Origin: Dictyostelium discoideum
Taxonomy: Eukaryota
Direction of reading: 5' to 3'
Length of the DNA stretch: 64,000 bases
NCBI GenBank assembly: GCA_000004695.1
Contig: CM000151.3
Location: forward strand, 4,512,001 to 4,576,000
In this document: positions 56,830 to 64,000 of the stretch, one piece after another
Numbering within the stretch: the first letter of the stretch is position 1
Layout: every line of letters starts with the position of its first letter
Position numbers and translations under genes: made by a program
The notes under the pieces: generated by a model
Databases searched by the model: none
Seen by the model: only the letters and a program-made list of their open reading frames with translations
Told to the model about the DNA's origin: nothing

Positions 56830-57509
56830 TTTTTTTATTTTTTTATATCAATAAAAATTTTCAATTTGATTGTAACTATCACACATATTTTCGCACATGT
56901 TATTTATAACATTTTTACCTACCTAGTAAAACTTTATTTTTTTTTTTATTTTTTTTTATTTTTTTTTTTTATATTAATATTTTATTTAATATATATTTTT
57001 ATTTTATTTTTAACAGCACCAGTTTAAATAATCACACACACAAACACACTCACAAATTTTATTTTATTTTTATTTTTATTTTTATTTATTTTTATTTTTT
57101 TTTCTTATTTCAACACCACCCTTTTTTTTTTTTTTTTTTATTTTTTTTTTATTTTTTTTTTTTTCCTTTTGTTTTCAAAAAATTATTAATTATCTACAAA
57201 TAAAAAAAAAACTTATTTAAAAAAAAAAAAAAAAAACAACCAACAACAACTTATATTTCTATAAAGATATAATCATATAAAATTTTTTAATTTTAATTAA
57301 AAATTATAAAATAAATTAATATTTCAAATTAATTCGCCTCAATTTCAATTTCAGTTTTTTTTTTTTTAATCACTTTTTTTTAATTCTCCATTAAATTATT
57401 TATTTAATAATAAAAAAAAAAAAAAAAAAATAAAAAATAACGCACACATATTAAAAAAAAAAAAAAAAAAAGGATTAATCATCGATAAGGATTTAAAAAT
57501 TATAATAAA

Positions 57510-57828
57510 ATGGTTAAAGAATATGTATCAGCACTTAGTAAAGCATCAGTTTCAATATTGATGTTTTTATCATTTTTATTTATTTTAAAAATATCATATA
57601 TCTATATTTATGAAAAAAAGAAATCAACAGCAGCGACTGTCAAAAAACTTATACACTTTTTCGTGTTTATATATATTTTATTAATTATGATTTTAAATTA
57701 TATTCAATTTGAAATTTATTATTATAATCCCGCAATTTGGACCATTTTTTATAAAGTAATTTATAATATTTGTGGTTTCTTATTTACTTCATCATTTATT
57801 TTATTATTAACTTATTGGTATGTATTAT

Positions 57829-57863
<35 letters not shown>

Positions 57864-58952
57864 ACAATAAATTATAACCATATATAATAAATTTTAATTT
57901 TAATTTTAATTTCATTTTAATTTAATTTAATTTTATTTTATTTTATTTTATTATAAAAAAAAAGGATTGGTATGATAACAGATATTTTTCAAATTAGAAA
58001 AGGAGCAATTTTTACAAAATATACTGGACCTGTGTTTATGGTAGTTCAATTCACCAATTTTGTTATTAAACTATTAACAATTATTTCAAATGCACGTCTT
58101 TTTTATTTACAAACTCGTTTGGATTTAGAAAAAGCTTCAATTTATTATGATTTCTTTGTGAATATATTTGTATTAATAATTTTAGTAGTATTTATTGTGG
58201 TTAATTTATATATTTTCAATAAAAAAGTTAGAAGAAGAATTGTATGTATATTTCTAATAATAATATAATAATTAATTTTAAAATTCTAATAATTTTTTTT
58301 TTTTTTTTTATTAATTTATTTATTTATTTTTTTTTTTCAGAAAATATTTACAGTAATTGCAGCAATTGTTGGTTTAACATTCTTTGTGTTAACATTAATT
58401 CGTGTATTTATTTATTATGATAGTGATAGATACAGTTTTGCAACATTAATATTAGTATCTGCATTATGTTTAGAAGTTATCTTTGTTATTTATCCAATTA
58501 GAATAGATGTTATAAAGAATAAACATATTAATAAATTCTTTGGTTTATTCTATATTGGTTATTCAAAGGAAACCAAACAAGAGACCCATAGCTCTTATAA
58601 GAAATCACACCACCCAGGTGGTGCAGCTCATAATGATGCTGTTCATAATGAAAAAGAAACTGTAATTTCAATGGATGATCTAACATCACTTACAAGTACC
58701 ACCTGTACAAATACAAGTACAAATACAACTACAACAATAAATAATAATAATAACAATAATAATAACAACAACAATAATAATAATAAAGGTGCAGGAGATT
58801 ACACAAATACAACAAACACTGCAACCTCGCCACTTGAAAGTCAATCTTTAAATACAAATTCAACACCAAATACTTGCACTGATTCGATTGATAATAATAG
58901 TAATTTACAACCACACCATGAAATATCAATTAATCCTCCAAACGAATTGAAT

Positions 58953-58958
<6 letters not shown>
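57510..58958 (+). CDS. Hypothetical multi-pass membrane protein with a Thr/Asn-rich C-terminal tail (3 exons)
   Basis: Exon model: join(57510..57817, 57965..58241, 58341..58958). Donors are GTATGT (x2) and acceptors aaaaag|g and ttttcag|a, with phases 2 and 0 consistent with ORFs 57510, 57972 and 58386. There are at least six hydrophobic segments. Confidence 0.5.
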
Positions 58959-59032
<74 letters not shown>

Positions 59033-59158
59033 ACCTGTTTCCTAATCATTTTTTTTTTTAATGCGTATCCTTTTTTTAATAAATATAGGTAATTAAAAAA
59101 AATAAAAAAAAAAAAAATAAAATAAAAAAAAACAATGAAAAAAAATATCTTTCTTTTT

Positions 59159-59191
<33 letters not shown>

Positions 59192-59491
59192 AGAATTGTA
59201 ATATGATAAAAAAATGTCGATTAATTTTCAAATAAATAAATATCTAAAATTTTTAATTTTTTTTTTTTTAATTTAATTTCATTTCTGGTCAAATTTTGAT
59301 TTTAATTTTTTAATTTTTTAATTTTTTTTTTTTTTTTTTTGATTTTTTAATTTTTTGATTTTTCATTATAAAAAAAAAAAAAAAAAAAAATTAAATTTCT
59401 TTCATAATCTATTTAAATATTATACATATATATCTATAATTGTAATAATAAATAAATAATAAATAAATAAAATTTTTTTTTTTTTTTTAAA

Positions 59492-60853
59492 ATGAGTAAA
59501 CAATTTGAAAGCGTTCAAGCTACATTAGAAAAGTATATTCCAGCAGAGGAATTATCAGAAGTTAAAAGAATTCTTTATGGTTATAATAGAGGTCACCATG
59601 TCAAATCACTTCCAATTTGTCAAGAAGCTTTAGATTTAGCAAATAAAAATAATTTTGAAATTGTTGCTTCAAAGTAAATATATATATATTTTTTTTTTAA
59701 TTATAAAATTAAAATATTAAAATATTAAAATAATTAAAATGATTAAAATAATCTAGAGTTGAAGCAGATCCAGAACAATTAAGAAAACCAAGAATTGTTA
59801 GATTAGGTATTATTCAAAATTCAATTGGTGCTGAAACTACTGCACCAATCCAAGATCAATATTTAGCAATTGAAGCAAAGATTGAAAAAATGATCGATGC
59901 TGCTGGTGCTATGGGTGTAAATGTTTTATGTCTCCAAGAAACATGGCGTATGTAATTAATGTTTTTTTTTTTTTTTTTTTTATTTTTTTTTTTTTTATTT
60001 TTAATTTTTTTAAAAAAAAAATCTTTTATTAATTGATTTTTTTTAAATAGATATGCCATTTGCATTTTGTACAAGAGAGAAATATCCATGGGTTGAATTT
60101 GCAGAATCAGCAAGTACAGGACAATCAATTAAATTCATTCAAAGAATGGCTAGAAAATATAATATGGTAATTATTTCACCAATGTTAGAGAGAGATGATG
60201 TTCATGCAAGTACAATTCATAATACTGCCGTTGTAGTTGGTAATAATGGTAATATCATTGGAAAGAGTAGAAAGAATCATATCCCAAGAACTGGTGATTT
60301 CAATGAGTCAACCTATTATATGGAATCGACATTGGGTCATCCAGTGTTTGAGACTATTTATGGAAAGATTGCAATCAACATTTGTTATGGTCGTCATCAT
60401 AATTTGAATTGGTTAGCCTATGGTTTGAATGGTGCTGAAATCGTTTTTAATCCATCCGCTACCGTGGGTGAATTATCTGAACCAATGTGGGGTGTCGAAG
60501 CTAGAAATGCAGCAATGACCAATAACTATTTCGTTGGTTCAATCAATCGTGTTGGAACTGAACATTTCCCAAATGAATTCACCAGTGGTAATGGTAAACC
60601 TGCTCATAAAGATTTCGGTCATTTCTATGGTAGTTCTTATTTCAGTTCACCTGATAATTGTTGTACTCCTTCACTCTCTCGTGTCTCTGATGGTTTAAAT
60701 ATCTCTGAAGTCGACTTAAACCTTTGTCAACAAGTAAAAGATAAATGGAATTTCCAAATGACTGCTCGTTATGAATTATACGCAAAATTCTTAACAGATT
60801 ACATTAATCCAAATTATCAACCAAATATTATTAAAGATCCATCTATGAAATAA
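59492..60853 (+). CDS. pyd3: Beta-ureidopropionase / beta-alanine synthase (nitrilase superfamily); 3 exons
   Basis: Exon model: join(59492..59673, 59757..59947, 60051..60853). The translation aligns end-to-end with human UPB1: [19 protein letters not shown] vs LEKHLPLPDLQEVKRVLYG; EQLRKPRIV; CLQETW(H)[19 protein letters not shown] vs [26 protein letters not shown]; [15 protein letters not shown]; [17 protein letters not shown]; [13 protein letters not shown]. Donors are GTAAAT and GTATGT. The product is about 391 aa. Confidence 0.9.
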
Positions 60854-61545
60854 TTGTATTAAAATAAAAAATAAATAAATAAAATAATTATAATAAAATA
60901 TTATAAAATATATAATAAAATATATAAAAAAAAAGAATAACAAATATTAAAAAAAAAAAAAAAAAAAAATTAAGATTTCATAATTTTTAAATCTTCATTT
61001 TTTTTTTTTTTTTTTGAAGTCTTACCAAATATATAATAATTTGTATTATAATTTTTTAGGTAAAATATAATATTTTTATTATTTGAAAAAAAAAAAAAAT
61101 AAAATAATCTATAAATTTCATTTTTAATATTACTATAAGTTTAATTGTTGGGTATTACCTTTTTATCAAAGAAAGGAAATGAAAATGAAAAAAAAAAAAA
61201 AAAAAAAAAATATAGATTTAAAAAAAAAATAATTCATCATAATAGATATAAATTGTGTGGTTTATTTGTTTGTGTTATGATATTATTTTTTTTTTATTTT
61301 TTTTTTTTATTTTTTTTTTAAATTTTACAGTAATAAAGAATTCTTATAATAATTTTAAAAAAAATGTAAAAAAAAATTTTTAATATAAATAGTAGAAATA
61401 ATTAATTTTTTATTATTTAATTTAAATAAACAAGAAAATAATTAATTTTCCAGTTTCCTTTTTTTTTTTTTTTTAATTTATTTATTAAATATTTTTTAAC
61501 ATATATACAGAATAATAATTTTAAAAATTTAATATTATTGAAAAA

Positions 61546-62736
61546 ATGAATTTCGTAAAATCATCATTAACCAAAGTAAGAGATACAACTCATCAAATTG
61601 GTGCTAAATTAGATTCTTTTGAAAATAAACCAAGTAATGATACTAATATTATTACAGATGCATATGCAAAGAAAAATGAAGATGAAGATCTTAGTAATAG
61701 AGCCACAGAAGTTGCTTCAAACAGTTTACCAACAAATTCAAATTTAAATTCTTCATCATCAAATGTTCAAAGAAAAAGAGAGGGTGAGGGATTATTAAAT
61801 CGTATTGAAAATACTTTTTCAAGAAAAAATAATAATAATAATAACGAAGAAGAAGAAGAAGAAGAAAGAGTTGTACAATCTGATAGTGATTCAAGATTAT
61901 CAGAAAAAAAAGATGGACTTTCAAATAAATTCCAAAATTCAATGAGAATGAATGATAATGAACCACAACAAGAAGAAGATAAAGAATCTGATTCTCACAA
62001 TAATGCAAGCAACTCAATTAAAAGAAATAAAGGTGGTTTATTTGATAGAGTAGAAAATGAAGTTGAATCATTTGGAAGAAGAAATGAAAATGAAAATGAA
62101 GATGAACCAGAGGAACAAAACTCTTCTTTGTCAAAAAAAGGTGAATTATCAAATAAAGCGGAAAATGAATTTTCATCATTAGGTAAAAGAAATGAAAATC
62201 AACAACAAGATGATGATGAAGAAACCTCAAATAATAGATCACAATCAACTTCAAATAAAAATGAAGGATTTTTAAATAAAATTGAAAATAAATTTTCTTC
62301 GATTACTGGAAGAAATAAGAATAATGATAATAATAATAATGATAATGAAGAAACTGAAAATAAAACTCAAAACACCCATTCACAACAAAGTCCAACTACT
62401 AGAACAGATCAAGGTTTTTTAAATAAAATCCATAATTATAATCAACAAGTTGAAACAAATGCATCATCAGCTTTAAATTTCATTGATGGTAAGTCATCAT
62501 CGTCAAATCCAACACCAACTTCAACACCAAATATTACATCATCAAATGAAAATTCAAATTTAAATAATAGATCTACAACTTCATCATCAACATCAAATGA
62601 AAGAGGTTCCTTTGGTGATGTTGAAGAAAAAGTTGATGGATTTTTCAAAGGAAATCAATCAAAATCACATAACGATCAAACAAATCCTGAACCACACAGA
62701 AAAGAAGGTTTATTATCTAAAATTGGAAAATTCTAA
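61546..62736 (+). CDS. Hypothetical hydrophilic protein with six copies of a roughly 17-aa motif, G-[LF]-[LF]-[NDS]-[KR]-[IV]-E-N-x-[FV]-x-S-[FLI]-[GT]-[RK]
   Basis: A 396-aa ORF. Motif copies: EGLLNRIENTFSRK, GGLFDRVENEVESFGRR, GELSNKAENEFSSLGKR, EGFLNKIENKFSSITGR, QGFLNKIHNY and EGLLSKIGKF. They are separated by Asn/Glu/Ser-rich linkers. Confidence 0.5.
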   Translation: MNFVKSSLTKVRDTTHQIGAKLDSFENKPSNDTNIITDAYAKKNEDEDLSNRATEVASNSLPTNSNLNSSSSNVQRKREGEGLLNRIENTFSRKNNNNNNEEEEEEERVVQSDSDSRLSEKKDGLSNKFQNSMRMNDNEPQQEEDKESDSHNNASNSIKRNKGGLFDRVENEVESFGRRNENENEDEPEEQNSSLSKKGELSNKAENEFSSLGKRNENQQQDDDEETSNNRSQSTSNKNEGFLNKIENKFSSITGRNKNNDNNNNDNEETENKTQNTHSQQSPTTRTDQGFLNKIHNYNQQVETNASSALNFIDGKSSSSNPTPTSTPNITSSNENSNLNNRSTTSSSTSNERGSFGDVEEKVDGFFKGNQSKSHNDQTNPEPHRKEGLLSKIGKF

Positions 62737-62763
62737 ATTAATTTCATACCTTTTATAAATATA

Positions 62764-62845
62764 TTTTATATACCCATTTTATATACCCATTTTATATACC
62801 CATTTTATATACTTATTTTATATACCCATTTTATATACCTATTTT
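62764..62845. repeat. Tandem 15-bp minisatellite (ttttatataccca, about 6 units), immediately 3' of the repeat-protein gene
   Basis: tatatacccatttta is repeated with minor variants (acttat, acctat). Confidence 0.8.
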
Positions 62846-62976
62846 TTTCAATAAAAAAAATAATTAAATAAATAAAAAAAAATAAAGATTTAATAAATAA
62901 TAATAATTAACTATTGTAATTTATTACTACTTTTTTTTTTTTTTTTTTTTTTTATTATTATTTCTTTTTTATTTAA

Positions 62977-64000
62977 TTATTTTTTTAAACAATTAACAGC
63001 TTTAATAGCAGCATCATCTAAATCACTAGCAGAAGTAATATTTAAACCAGATTTTTCCAAGATTTCTTTACCAATGTTTACATTTGTACCTTCTAAACGT
63101 ACAACTAATGGAATTTTAAGACCAACTTGTTTTGAAGCATTTACGATACCAGAGGCAATGATATCACATTTCATGATACCACCGAAAATGTTTACGAGTA
63201 AACATTTAACTCTTGGATCTTTAGTGAGGATTTTGAAGGCTTCAGTGACGGCTTGTTCAGAGGCACTACCACCTACATCGAGGAAATTAGCAGGGATACC
63301 ACCCTTTAATTTAATGATATCCATGGTGGCCATAGCCAAACCAGCACCATTAACCATACAACCAATGTTACCATCGAGACCAATGTAATTGAGACCAAAT
63401 TTACCAGCTTCAACCTCACGTGGATCCTCTTCGGCGGTATCTCTCATTTCGAAAATCTCCTTTTGACGGAATGAGGCATTGTCATCGAAATTGATTTTAG
63501 CATCCATACAAATGACTTGACCATCGGTGGTTTCAGCGAATGGGTTAATCTCGACTTGAGTTGCATCACTCTTGATGAATAATTGATAGAGGTTTTCCAT
63601 TTGTTGTTGAGCGATCTTTGCTTTCTCACCGGTGAAACCTAATTTCTCAGCGAGGTTTTTAGTTTGTTCTGGACGAATACCTTTGACGATATCGATTGGT
63701 TCTTTGAAAATTAAATCTGGTGTTTCCTCTGCAACACTCTCAATGTCAACACCACCTTGTGGTGATGCAATCATAACTGGTCCACCATATTTACGATCCA
63801 TAACGATTGCAAAATACAATTCTCTCTTTGGGTCAACTGATTCTGCCAACATTACACTTTGAACTTTGGTACCTTCTTTGGTGGTTTGTTTGGTTACAAG
63901 ATGTTTACCCAACATTTCGTCACATAAACGTTCTGCTTCCTTACCAGTTTTACAGAGATGAACACCTCCTTTAAATCCTGTCTCTATGAATGAACCCTTA
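62977..64000 (-). CDS. Succinyl-CoA ligase beta subunit, ADP-forming type, mitochondrial (5'-partial; the N-terminus lies beyond the window end)
   Basis: The minus-strand ORF reads ...[53 protein letters not shown]..., matching SUCLA2 (..[50 protein letters not shown]). The frame stays open upstream of the first Met to position 64000 (..[26 protein letters not shown]). Confidence 0.9.
   Translation of the reverse strand, partial: [340 protein letters not shown]

Overview
This window is 64 kb of extremely AT-rich nuclear DNA with homopolymer A/T intergenic tracts, short AT-rich GT..AG introns, and CAA/AAT coding repeats giving poly-Q/poly-N. That composition and the gene content point to Dictyostelium discoideum, probably the chromosome 2 region carrying myoI. 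It is a protein-coding eukaryotic region, so CRISPR and operon logic do not apply. Recognisable genes, in order: the 3' half of phosphofructokinase (pfkA); a large EGF/TIG-like type I membrane protein gene split by a transposon; coq9; a TPR/Sel1 protein; a beta-carbonic anhydrase with a frameshift; myosin VII (myoI, 4 exons); an intact paralog of the split membrane protein gene (7 exons); a B-box/coiled-coil protein; a PHO85-type cyclin; an ACSS3-like short-chain acyl-CoA synthetase (3 exons); a PAS-containing hybrid histidine kinase; a multi-pass membrane protein; beta-ureidopropionase (pyd3, 3 exons); a protein with six copies of a 17-aa motif; and the 3' part of the ADP-forming succinyl-CoA ligase beta subunit. 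The main accessory content is two terminal-inverted-repeat (TIR) DNA transposons with the same outermost 16-nt terminus but different hairpin subterminal repeats. One is about 2.8 kb and carries a fragmented retroviral-type DDE integrase gene. It sits inside a coding exon of the membrane protein gene, and the flanks rejoin in frame. The other is a 1.66-kb non-coding relative, apparently within an intron of a minus-strand gene. Other signals are a box C/D snoRNA candidate, a degraded FNIP-repeat gene remnant, a 6-kb A/C-rich gene-poor stretch with microsatellites, and several mini/microsatellites. Splice junction coordinates were derived by eye and may be off by a few nucleotides.
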